Positions 38,026 to 46,590 of a DNA stretch of 64,000 nt are shown here, in pieces. Source of the DNA: a virus. The position numbers and the translations under genes were made by a program. Each line of letters begins with the position of its first letter. Position 1 is the first letter of the stretch. The DNA lies in IMG/VR virus record IMGVR_UViG_3300025141_013434, positions 32,001 to 96,000 of that record; one strand, written 5' to 3'. Under the pieces are notes generated by a model. It did not search any database. It worked only from the letters and a program-made list of their open reading frames with translations, and was not told where the DNA came from.

Positions 38026-38496
38026 TTAGCTTAACCTTTCATAATCTTCAACGCCAGCTGCAGCTAATCTCCTGCGACGGCGGTCATCATCGGAAACACC
38101 AGAGGGTTCATCTCCTGCGGGTTCATCACCTTCGGGGGCCTCGGCATCGTCGGCCGGCTCGGGGGTTGGGAGTCGTGCTTCTATTTCTGAATCTTCGAGC
38201 GCCTCCAGTGCGACCCAGGCTCCCTGAAGGCCTTCTGAGACTTCTTCTCCCGTTTTCTCTTTTGCCAACCCTCTTATGACTTCAGATATTTGATCTAAAA
38301 GCTGTAAAAATTCTGCTTGACTTTCCCCAGTAAATTTGCGGCCACCGGAAGCCTTGCTAATAAATACGGCAAGGCGCTTTTCCGGGTCCTCCTTTTGTGC
38401 GGGTTCTGCTGCAGGTTCACCTTCTACTTCTTCCAAAATTGCTTCTTTAATAATTTCGCTGAGTTGTTCTTTATTCAATGGATCAATCCTCTTCAA
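38026..38496 (-). CDS. Hypothetical acidic head-module protein
   Basis: N-terminal QLSEIIKEAILEE, C-terminal RLAAAG. Confidence 0.6.
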   Translation of the reverse strand: MKRIDPLNKEQLSEIIKEAILEEVEGEPAAEPAQKEDPEKRLAVFISKASGGRKFTGESQAEFLQLLDQISEVIRGLAKEKTGEEVSEGLQGAWVALEALEDSEIEARLPTPEPADDAEAPEGDEPAGDEPSGVSDDDRRRRRLAAAGVEDYERLS

Positions 38497-39082
38497 TAAT
38501 GCTGTTCAAAATTCGATTTATTTTATCGGCCTTCGTAAGGCCCGCAGATCGGTCCCTGGCTTCCGACATCATAAAAGCACCAGGAGTAGAGGGGTCCGAA
38601 ACCATGTCAAAACATATGAGTTGAAAATCATCTTCTACCATGGTGTTCCCGTTATCTTCCCTGACAGAACCCATGCCCCTAGAAGAGATTCCCAGCTTAA
38701 CTCCGCACGATATCAACTCTTTTAGCACCTTTCCCGAAGGTGTGTTGAGCACTTCTATCTTGCCCATAACTTTATCGCCGTCTGCCCATATTTCAGTGAC
38801 CAAATGAGACGCATTTGACAGGTTGACAACCGAAGTCTCTGGATGGTCTAATTCGCCCAAAGCTCTTCTTTCCTTTACGATTTTTTGATAATTTTTAACT
38901 TCCCTCATCAGGGTTTTTGACGGATATACGCGGCCATTTCCATTTCTGACATTTGCCTGTTGCATAATGCCTGTCAAGTAAACTGCGCCATTCTCTCTTA
39001 CCTTTCGTTTTTCGTCTTCAGTAAGAAGGTCTTGGCATATTCCGCCTTCGCAAAGTTCGTAAAATTCTCTAAGAAGTTTCAT
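38483..39082 (-). CDS. Prohead core protease (T4 gp21-like)
   Basis: NGNGRVYP, ALGELDHP, SH, TPSG, GISSRGMGS, FDMVSDPSTPGA. Confidence 0.93.
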   Translation of the reverse strand: MKLLREFYELCEGGICQDLLTEDEKRKVRENGAVYLTGIMQQANVRNGNGRVYPSKTLMREVKNYQKIVKERRALGELDHPETSVVNLSNASHLVTEIWADGDKVMGKIEVLNTPSGKVLKELISCGVKLGISSRGMGSVREDNGNTMVEDDFQLICFDMVSDPSTPGAFMMSEARDRSAGLTKADKINRILNSIIEED

Positions 39083-39116
39083 CTTTAATCCTCAACGCGG
39101 GGGCCACCCGCCTCAT

Positions 39117-39182
39117 CTAAGATCCCTTACAACAATTAGCAACAGGTCTTATATACCATCTTATGGTTGTGAATGGTCTCAT
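39117..39182 (-). CDS. Putative 21-aa Cys-Cys peptide
   Basis: AGGAG RBS and ATGA overlap with the upstream stop. Translates MRPFTTIRWYIRPVANCCKGS. Confidence 0.45.
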   Translation of the reverse strand: MRPFTTIRWYIRPVANCCKGS

Positions 39183-39517
39183 TTCCATCTCCTATAATTT
39201 GTTTTCTTTTTAAAACTAACACCATTGTGTTCTATCTTTAATCCGTTATCTCCGAACAACATATTAAGAACATAACTTGTTGCTGAACTAAGACACCCTA
39301 ATAAAAAACCCGTAACTAAAGATTCATCAAAACTAAATAGTTCTGTTGTGTCATTAAGGGCCCACAAAAATACACCTACCCAAAAACCCATACACATTGG
39401 GCAGCTAAATAACTTCCCTAGGGATCCTTTCGCTGGTCGTATTTTTTTTAAGATTGTTGCATAAACAAGTATTTGTGTTAATCCGTATGCACAAAGGACA
39501 AAATATATTAAGCTCAC
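39179..39517 (-). CDS. Membrane protein with CxxC (DUF1360-like)
   Basis: Hydrophobic segments and LFSCPMCMGFWVG. Confidence 0.65.
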   Translation of the reverse strand: MSLIYFVLCAYGLTQILVYATILKKIRPAKGSLGKLFSCPMCMGFWVGVFLWALNDTTELFSFDESLVTGFLLGCLSSATSYVLNMLFGDNGLKIEHNGVSFKKKTNYRRWK

Positions 39518-40131
39518 TTCTCCTCGCTTTCTCTAAGAACCGAATACATATACTGATAGCCGTATGGGCGCACCGTGTGATCAAGGGAGCCTTTTTTGTC
39601 AGAGTGGGGAATTTCTCCAAGCTCAGTACTATCCTCATCATCAGGATCTACGAAGTGTTGCAACATGTCCTGTTTGAGGTCTCTTCTTGCAAAAATGTCT
39701 GGCTTTTCTTGCTCCAAAAATATACTTGTCATAAAAATAGCAGTCTGTACAGAATCAATGCCTTCTATTTTTGATTCATGTATTTCCGCTTCCAAAGAAG
39801 AATATACATTCCCGCCTTGAATACTAGACCTTTCTATGACTCCTTTTTTTGCCATAAACTCATAGAACCTGTCTTGTGTAGGATAAACTTCTCTTTGTTT
39901 TAAATTCTTCGGAAACGTTATCAATTTGCTTTTTCCCGGAGAGACAACTATATCTATTAGATCATGATCGAATATCATGATGTCTCCATTCAGAGCCCGG
40001 CGAGCGACCATTTCGACTGTGACTGGTTTAGGTTCGTCGGGGGGATCCGCCACTATCTTTATCTTTATGGACCCTTCTTCTTGCGGGCCCTCTGTGACAC
40101 CAGTCGGAATTATCTTTACTTTAATTGCCAT
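39514..40131 (-). CDS. Hypothetical protein
   Basis: Coupled ORF between portal and protease. Confidence 0.6.
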   Translation of the reverse strand: MAIKVKIIPTGVTEGPQEEGSIKIKIVADPPDEPKPVTVEMVARRALNGDIMIFDHDLIDIVVSPGKSKLITFPKNLKQREVYPTQDRFYEFMAKKGVIERSSIQGGNVYSSLEAEIHESKIEGIDSVQTAIFMTSIFLEQEKPDIFARRDLKQDMLQHFVDPDDEDSTELGEIPHSDKKGSLDHTVRPYGYQYMYSVLRESEEK

Positions 40132-40951
40132 CTTTCTCTATCTCTTGCACAAGGCTTTGTATTTTTATAACCTCTTCTAGCATTATCATGTCTATACCGC
40201 TGTTCTTGTAACCCTCAAGTTTCGAAAGAACCGCCTCGGTTTTTAGTTTCATTTCTTGGTCTTGCTCCATTATCGGATCACCAATAGCTCTTTTAACTTT
40301 TTCTTTTAGTGCGCCTATTTCGTCATTGAGATAAATTTTGAGAGCCAAGCCATTGTCAGAAAACGATGCAACATACTTTGTCAAAAGCTCTTTTTGCCCC
40401 TCGTTCAGGGAGTCACAATACTTTTCATTAAACCTTTTTACAAACGATTTAAAAACCAGATTATCTATCGGGTCTTTAGTGTTCGCTTTTCGCGAGGAGT
40501 TTTTGTTTGTTAAATTATTTAAAAACTTCTGTTCCAGCAAGACCCTTTCTTTTACATTTGCCGAATCGTTGAATATCGCATAAAGGCTAGCTAAATTTTT
40601 ATAGTTTGGAACAAAGTTTGCGAACACGCCACTCAGAGACTTGTTTATCTTCTTTATAAGGGCGCTCTGTTCCACAAACAACCCCTTCTTGTCAAGCTTG
40701 GAATAAGCTATCTTTGCTTCCATCATTAGCTTTTCAGCGGTCGAAAGATCCAGTTCATTAGTTTCGTACAAGGACTTGTAAATTTCCAACTCCTTCAACA
40801 AATTAGAATCTTTTGGAAAATGCTCTTTAATAATTTCAACAATCTTGTTTTTCTTAAAAGTGTTGTTTTTTATTATACTTTTGGTTAATTCTCGAACCAA
40901 AGCCTCGTAAACGAAAGCCGTATTTCTTTTTTTATTATGTTTCAGTCTCAT
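40121..40951 (-). CDS. Hypothetical head-assembly protein
   Basis: Helical, begins KHNKKRNT, overlaps the portal stop. Confidence 0.65.
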   Translation of the reverse strand: MRLKHNKKRNTAFVYEALVRELTKSIIKNNTFKKNKIVEIIKEHFPKDSNLLKELEIYKSLYETNELDLSTAEKLMMEAKIAYSKLDKKGLFVEQSALIKKINKSLSGVFANFVPNYKNLASLYAIFNDSANVKERVLLEQKFLNNLTNKNSSRKANTKDPIDNLVFKSFVKRFNEKYCDSLNEGQKELLTKYVASFSDNGLALKIYLNDEIGALKEKVKRAIGDPIMEQDQEMKLKTEAVLSKLEGYKNSGIDMIMLEEVIKIQSLVQEIEKDGN

Positions 40952-42917
40952 CTTTGTCCCTCATTTCAAGGTCTTTGATTAGCTTTTTTACATCAAAACT
41001 AATTTCTGTTATTAGACGCTCTTCTCTAGAGTAACTAGTTTGCTTGTCTTCATAAATGCCCTTCGATAAAGACCTCAAACCCATTAAATCATCAAAACCA
41101 GAGCCACGAGTGCCTTTCGTCATTCCCGGGTTGATGGTCCTGTCGGTATTTCGGGCTTTTTCATCGGCGTACTTTGACTTCCGTGAGCGAACCCGTGCGC
41201 CGCGGTCGTTGCGTTTTACCTTTACCGGTTTGTAAGAGCCCTTTTCATAATGACGTATATCGTCATCCCTCTTGGCTGGTGCTGCCAAGAGGGATGATTC
41301 TTCGCCAGCAGCTTCTTCACCACCAAGGTCATCGCCGAGGTCACCGCCGAGGTCGCCACCAAGGTCACCACCAAGGTCGCCACCAAGTTCACCGCCGAGT
41401 TCACCGCCTGCGCCGGCGGCGGCTTCGGTGGCAGCTGCAACCTCTGCAGATGCTTGTTCGGCAGTGGCTTCAAGAATCGCATCAAATTTGCGATCATAAA
41501 ACATTTCTCTCTGATTTCTCAGGAATTCGTCTTCGGTCAAATTAAACAGGCGAGTTGCGACCCAACGCTTGCTGAAATAACCCTCTGTTGCCGACGACGC
41601 AGTCTCAAACTTTGTCTTCCAGTGCTCCAGTTCTTGTAGTTCCGCAATTTTGGATGGATTGGCGAGGGCCAACTTGAAAGAAGTCAGGTCTTCTCCTCGA
41701 AAGCCTAAAACATATAAATGGATAATCCCGATTTTTTCAAGCTCCGTTATGATAGATCTTTGTAAGCGTGTGATCGTCCTTGCGAACCTTATGTCCTTTT
41801 GAGCAAGAGTCGTTTTGTCGTCCTCTGCTCCGCCGTCTGTGGACGCCATCAAATACGATGCAGGGACCTTCAAGGCCGAAAACAGTTTATCTCTAAGATA
41901 TTTTACATCGTCGATATCCCCAGTATACTGACCACCCGCAAGAGTCTCAACCTTGGAAGAAACTCCTCCCCGAACGGGTATGAAATAATCTTCGTCTACC
42001 GACATGGGATTGTACCTAAGGTCCACTCGACCAGTAGAAGGGTCGACAACTTGGTTTCTCTTCATCTGTGTCATGACCTTTTGCATGTATTGCTCCACGT
42101 CAAGAGGGGGTATATTGCCAACATCAATATAGAACACTCTTCTCTCTGGAGACCTTACAATTCGATAGGCCATTACTGCGTCTTCTAACAACGTAAGTTG
42201 TCTCCAAATTCTACGGGCCGGTTCGAGAACCGATGAACCATATGGTGCATACTTATCATTTCCAAGAACTCGAAAGTGGGCCATTTGCCAGTTTTCGAAA
42301 GTCATCCCGGAAGAGTTCCACTGATATTGAATGTAATTCGGGTTTGTCTTGTCCTCGCCCTCCACTCTTTCAATCTCTTGAGTTGGTAAGCCTATTACTG
42401 ACTGGACTCCAATTGATTCATCTATGTCCAAGTACAGAAAGAAGTCCCCATACTTACACATGGTACGGCACCAGCCAAAAAGATTAAACTCAATATTCAT
42501 AATATTGCGATACAACGATTCTAAGGTATTCTTTATTTCATCATTATTACAATCAATGGCTAAAAGCGGCTGCAAAGGGCTCGAAGTTGTCATTTCGTCA
42601 GCGTATATGTCGAGTGCCGAAGCGATCTCCGGCGTATATTCCATTTGATCAAAGTCTACATACCTTTCCATCCGGTTTTGATTGGCCATAACATTGGCCA
42701 TCAAGTTATCAAATGGATTGTATTCCGTCTTCTTGAATTGTTGTCCACTAGCCGATCGAAATCTTCTGGCATATTTATCTAGCTGTCGTCTTCTTAATCT
42801 TCTTGCTGTTTGTGTTCTGTAAGTAACCAGCGGACCAGAAAGAAGCTTTGTTAGCTTTTTGAACAAACCACTGTCGGGATTCCTTGTGTTGTTTTTATTG
42901 TTATTGTTAGCTGCCAT
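40935..42917 (-). CDS. Portal protein (T4 gp20-like)
   Basis: PEIASALDIYADE, KYGDFF, EDAVMAYRIVRSPERRVFYIDVGN, EDYFIPVRG, ALKVP. Confidence 0.95.
   Translation of the reverse strand: MAANNNNKNNTRNPDSGLFKKLTKLLSGPLVTYRTQTARRLRRRQLDKYARRFRSASGQQFKKTEYNPFDNLMANVMANQNRMERYVDFDQMEYTPEIASALDIYADEMTTSSPLQPLLAIDCNNDEIKNTLESLYRNIMNIEFNLFGWCRTMCKYGDFFLYLDIDESIGVQSVIGLPTQEIERVEGEDKTNPNYIQYQWNSSGMTFENWQMAHFRVLGNDKYAPYGSSVLEPARRIWRQLTLLEDAVMAYRIVRSPERRVFYIDVGNIPPLDVEQYMQKVMTQMKRNQVVDPSTGRVDLRYNPMSVDEDYFIPVRGGVSSKVETLAGGQYTGDIDDVKYLRDKLFSALKVPASYLMASTDGGAEDDKTTLAQKDIRFARTITRLQRSIITELEKIGIIHLYVLGFRGEDLTSFKLALANPSKIAELQELEHWKTKFETASSATEGYFSKRWVATRLFNLTEDEFLRNQREMFYDRKFDAILEATAEQASAEVAAATEAAAGAGGELGGELGGDLGGDLGGDLGGDLGDDLGGEEAAGEESSLLAAPAKRDDDIRHYEKGSYKPVKVKRNDRGARVRSRKSKYADEKARNTDRTINPGMTKGTRGSGFDDLMGLRSLSKGIYEDKQTSYSREERLITEISFDVKKLIKDLEMRDKDETET
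41315..41410 (-). repeat. 12-bp coding tandem repeat (GG[ED]L)n in the portal tail
   Basis: GGELGGELGGDLGGDLGGDLGGDLGDDLGG. Confidence 0.85.
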
Positions 42918-42926
42918 ATTTTATTT

Positions 42927-44510
42927 TCAACCTTTGAAAAGCCAAGGAAATTGCTGTTCTTGTCTTTTTGTTTCTTTTATTTTATCAAAAACGCTATCTC
43001 TTTTATAGTTTGTTTGTCCAGCAATTGTTGTTGATATCGTTGTATTCGACACAAACATCGAATCTAGAAAGGCCCTTTTATATTCCATGCTTCTGCTGTT
43101 CTCCACCAGCGCTGTATCTCTAACCCAACAACCTATGGAGCAAGCCAAAATAAGGTCATCATTGTAGCTTCTCATCGCCTCCGGCTTTCCATTGTTCCAA
43201 ACAAAGGTCTTCATCTCGTTATAAAGACGAGAGGAGTATATTTTAATTAGTTTGTTTCTTATGAATTCTTCCATCTTAGCGATAATAAGGGGCCTAGTTT
43301 TAGAAGAAGTTGTAAAGCCTGCAATAGCATTAGACCTGTGCTCCGCTTGAATTTGATCTATGTATTCGTGAGACGACTTTATAGAATAATAAATATTTGG
43401 GTAATTTCTTTCTACCAGCTTGTCCAAAACAGAATACCCAACAGAATTATTCTCAACGATGATCATGCAATCACCATATTCTTTGCCGGCATCATGGAGA
43501 ATTCCAGCAAATATATCTGGAGTTACCTTTCCTTGATATTCTGCTATTATTTCCATGTCTGTTATGTTTAAAACGTGGAAAACCGAATAGTCTCTTCCGT
43601 CGCCCCGGGCAACGTCTGCACTTATAATATATTCTTTTGTGGGGTCAAACTCTTTCCAAATCCACAAGTTTCTATCAAAGCCGGTTCTATATTTTGGATC
43701 GGACAACATCGTCGAGATCCAGTCCAGATCATCTGAGTGGAATACAGTCTCCCCAGACATGTTGAAGTTACATTCAAGCTCTTGAGCAATTTCTCGCCTA
43801 GACATGTTTTTTGTTTCTTTTTCAAACCATTCTTGATCTCTATCAGGGTGCCTGTTCCACGTAAGTACTGTCGCGTTAAAATCGTTTGTCCTTTGTTCTG
43901 CTTCAGTATAAATCTTGTGAAACCAGTTACCAACACCATTGGGAGTAGAAAGAGCGATACAACGACCACCAGTAGAAAGAGTAGGATACAGACCCATCCA
44001 CAACTCTGCAAGACCCTCAACGTGAGCGGCCTCGTCTATAACCAAGAGAGACAGAGCTTCTGATCGGCCGGCATCGCCGCTAGTTGAAGATGCTTTTATT
44101 TGAGATCCGTTAGATAATTCGAAAGAGGTTCTGTTGTCTATCGATACCTCTGAAATCCTGATCCAATCTGGCAGATTCTTTAGTATGCTTTTTACTTTTT
44201 TTACTAAATTTGATGCTGTGCTGAACTTAGTTGCTATAACTAAAACATTCTTTTCTCGATGAAAGAGCATCAGCCAGCTAACATAAGCCGCGGAAATGGT
44301 AGATATGCCCAACTGCCTTGCTTTGAGAATTACATTAAACCTGTGATCCAAAAAGGACTCCACCAAATCTTCCTGAAAATCGTAAAGACGAAATGGTATT
44401 AGACCCTTTTGTGGGTGTGTGATTTTTGCATAAGTATTAATAAAGTATACTGGGTCTTTGCCGCACTTTACTATCTCTTTCATCACCTCTTTTTTGGTGA
44501 GTTGGTACAT
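42927..44510 (-). CDS. Terminase large subunit (T4 gp17-like)
   Basis: KARQLGIST, LLVIDEAA, LSTPNG, ADVARGDG.DYS, NDDL. Confidence 0.95.
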   Translation of the reverse strand: MYQLTKKEVMKEIVKCGKDPVYFINTYAKITHPQKGLIPFRLYDFQEDLVESFLDHRFNVILKARQLGISTISAAYVSWLMLFHREKNVLVIATKFSTASNLVKKVKSILKNLPDWIRISEVSIDNRTSFELSNGSQIKASSTSGDAGRSEALSLLVIDEAAHVEGLAELWMGLYPTLSTGGRCIALSTPNGVGNWFHKIYTEAEQRTNDFNATVLTWNRHPDRDQEWFEKETKNMSRREIAQELECNFNMSGETVFHSDDLDWISTMLSDPKYRTGFDRNLWIWKEFDPTKEYIISADVARGDGRDYSVFHVLNITDMEIIAEYQGKVTPDIFAGILHDAGKEYGDCMIIVENNSVGYSVLDKLVERNYPNIYYSIKSSHEYIDQIQAEHRSNAIAGFTTSSKTRPLIIAKMEEFIRNKLIKIYSSRLYNEMKTFVWNNGKPEAMRSYNDDLILACSIGCWVRDTALVENSRSMEYKRAFLDSMFVSNTTISTTIAGQTNYKRDSVFDKIKETKRQEQQFPWLFKG

Positions 44511-44512
44511 AC

Positions 44513-45097
44513 TTATTTGAGGTCAGTGTTTCTCTGGCCAGATTGAAGATTCCATGGCTCAAATTGTTTAAAATTGTCGGACTTTGACTTGTCGTTTTTG
44601 GGCCTCTTCTTTCCCGGCGCTTGGTCCAAAAACTTTTTAATATTGTCCCTCAGACCTTCAGGGTCGGTTTTGTCGAGGCCGTCAACACCGTTGATCGTAT
44701 AAACCTTGTTTGCTGTAACCGTGGTCCTAACTCTAGAAACATATTGCACTAGGACATCCACTTCCCCTTCTTCTTTCAGAGAGAGTGTACTCTTTGTCAA
44801 TTTGCGATATTCTTTCTTGATAAATTTAACGACATCATTGATGCTCGACTCAATTTCCGATTCAAACCCCTTGTCGTGTACGTGCTTGAGTTTACAGTCA
44901 TATTGATATGAAACAATCATCTTGTCCCTATTAAATCTTACTGAAAAGCCGTCTATAAGTCTAGAGTCTATCAGGGGATTCCCCTCTTCTCTGCGCAGGC
45001 CCATCTCCACGGGTGAACCTTCCGAATCAATAGCGCCATCGTGAGTGTTTGATAACACTTGCGATATTCCATTTACGATATCTAATATAGTTGCCAT
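44513..45097 (-). CDS. Hypothetical protein
   Basis: GAGG RBS, late motif, directly upstream of terminase. Confidence 0.65.
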   Translation of the reverse strand: MATILDIVNGISQVLSNTHDGAIDSEGSPVEMGLRREEGNPLIDSRLIDGFSVRFNRDKMIVSYQYDCKLKHVHDKGFESEIESSINDVVKFIKKEYRKLTKSTLSLKEEGEVDVLVQYVSRVRTTVTANKVYTINGVDGLDKTDPEGLRDNIKKFLDQAPGKKRPKNDKSKSDNFKQFEPWNLQSGQRNTDLK

Positions 45098-45120
45098 ATA
45101 AAAACCCTCTTGTCCACTAG

Positions 45121-45128
45121 TAAATAGT
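45121..45128 (-). promoter_or_regulatory. Putative late promoter motif ACTATTTA
   Basis: Upstream of the terminase-portal operon. Confidence 0.6.
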
Positions 45129-45132
45129 AGTT

Positions 45133-45522
45133 TTATTTGATAATAGCCCTAGTATTATCCGGACGCCAACCCGTTAACCAGCGCTTTTCGCGACCTTCGA
45201 CATATTGAATGTAACACTCGCGGCAGCAATTAAATTTATTCATATAAAGATCGTCCTTTAGCGAGAAAGAATATTTGTCGCAAACCGGGCAATCTCTTTT
45301 TGTTTCTCTTTCTAGAAACTTCCTTGATACTAGAAATCCCTTTTGCTTTTCTTTCTGCCCTTCTGAGCTGTTATGTTTTTTATAGAACTCTTTTAACTCT
45401 TCAAGATAGCGTTTTTCTTTCTCGTCTGTCCAACTAGACCTCGGATTCTGAACTGCTTCTTCTCCATATTTTTCTTTTATTGCCTTTTCTACTTTTACGG
45501 TATAGTTGGGGTCTTCGCTCAT
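45133..45522 (-). CDS. Hypothetical zinc-finger protein
   Basis: CPVC...CCREC, ends GWRP. Confidence 0.6.
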   Translation of the reverse strand: MSEDPNYTVKVEKAIKEKYGEEAVQNPRSSWTDEKEKRYLEELKEFYKKHNSSEGQKEKQKGFLVSRKFLERETKRDCPVCDKYSFSLKDDLYMNKFNCCRECYIQYVEGREKRWLTGWRPDNTRAIIK

Positions 45523-45523
45523 T

Positions 45524-45997
45524 TCACAATGAAGCCCCCATTGCGACGATCGTTAACACGGTGGTTAAAGCACCAACAGTAAATCCGCCGAGGGCCCATA
45601 AGTGAACATAGTCGTTCGGACGCTTAAGGGCGGCGGCCTCCAAGTCTTCTATTTCTTTGTTTTTTATCTTCATTACGGCGGTGGTCTCTTGCAGGATCGT
45701 GTCTATTCTCAATTCAAGGTTACTTATTTGCATGTCAAATGCTGCTTGCGCTCCTTGTAGATATTTTTTCACTCTAAGGTCGCACTTTTGTTCCGCAAAT
45801 TCAAGATTAGCTTGGAGTTTTGCTGTAGCCCTATCGTCAAAACACCAGCCGTCAAAAGGAACCAAGTGACCCTTCTTTACTTGTGCGAATTTTCCATGGT
45901 CGGTTTCGGTTGTTTCTTGGGCAAAGGCTGCCGTTGAAACAAAACTAATCAACGTAAGTAAGACCAAGTACCTCTTCAATCTTAGATCTAATAACAT
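45524..45997 (-). CDS. Exported coiled-coil protein with C-terminal TM helix (spanin-like?)
   Basis: Signal peptide ending AAFA|QE, coiled coil, C-terminal hydrophobic helix. Confidence 0.5.
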   Translation of the reverse strand: MLLDLRLKRYLVLLTLISFVSTAAFAQETTETDHGKFAQVKKGHLVPFDGWCFDDRATAKLQANLEFAEQKCDLRVKKYLQGAQAAFDMQISNLELRIDTILQETTAVMKIKNKEIEDLEAAALKRPNDYVHLWALGGFTVGALTTVLTIVAMGASL

Positions 45998-46349
45998 TAG
46001 GGTTTCCTTTCGAAAGAGCTACTATTTCTTTCACCCTCTCCTTTTCTTGTTCATCTAGTTTGCGATTTTGCTGTTCTAGTTCTTTCTCTATTTTAGCAAT
46101 AGTTTGGTTATATTTTTCTATAATTTTGTCTCTTTTGGAAATTTCTTCAATGTGGCTCTTTTTGAGAACCCCCATCTGACTCTCGTAAGAGGTCTTCTTC
46201 GCTTTGAGAACCTCAACCAGCGCGTCTGAATTTCTTCTCGTTAGCACCCAGACAACGAAAGTCCACACCAAAAGAAACGGTACCTGCCAATGGGCTTTAA
46301 GCCATACCCAGGTTTTCTTTATAGAAGATGTGAAACTAATCCAAAACAT
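45945..46349 (-). CDS. i-spanin-like membrane-anchored coiled-coil protein
   Basis: N-terminal TM segment (WQVPFLLVWTFVVWVL) followed by a charged coiled coil. Follows the holin-like gene. Confidence 0.5.
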   Translation of the reverse strand: MFWISFTSSIKKTWVWLKAHWQVPFLLVWTFVVWVLTRRNSDALVEVLKAKKTSYESQMGVLKKSHIEEISKRDKIIEKYNQTIAKIEKELEQQNRKLDEQEKERVKEIVALSKGNPNVIRSKIEEVLGLTYVD

Positions 46350-46364
46350 TTGTGCTACTCCCTA

Positions 46365-46565
46365 TCAAGACGGGCCGTGCTTCCATTTGACGGCCATGTC
46401 AACTAAGGCCTGTGTCCCTATATATGCTAGTGTGATTGCTGTCCAGTTATCGCTAGTCACCACACCGTAGGCGCAGAGGCCAGTGGCGGTAACCCAGGCC
46501 AAAAATTTACGAGATATAAATCTCTCTACATGTTTGTCTGCGAATGCTTTAAGTTGCGTCACCAT
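46365..46565 (-). CDS. Holin-like small membrane protein
   Basis: 66 aa, SRKFL plus two TM segments and YIG.Q..VD. AGGAGG RBS and late motif. Confidence 0.6.
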   Translation of the reverse strand: MVTQLKAFADKHVERFISRKFLAWVTATGLCAYGVVTSDNWTAITLAYIGTQALVDMAVKWKHGPS

Positions 46566-46582
46566 GCGCCCCTCCTTTTAAA

Positions 46583-46590
46583 TAAATAGT
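46583..46590 (-). promoter_or_regulatory. Putative late promoter motif ACTATTTA
   Basis: Upstream of the holin-like gene. Confidence 0.55.

Noticed and set aside
39097-39119. Active selenocysteine recoding at the micro-peptide
   Set aside because: The stop is TAG and the Cys codons are TGT. There is no in-frame TGA here, so it is at most a relic.
88-44510. Inteins, introns or homing endonucleases in nrdJ, helicase, recA or terminase
   Set aside because: Lengths are typical, and no splice-junction (C...HN) or LAGLIDADG/HNH motifs were seen.
44513-45522. Small terminase assignment to the ORFs upstream of terL
   Set aside because: The position is suggestive but no supporting motif was recognised, so they are left as hypothetical.
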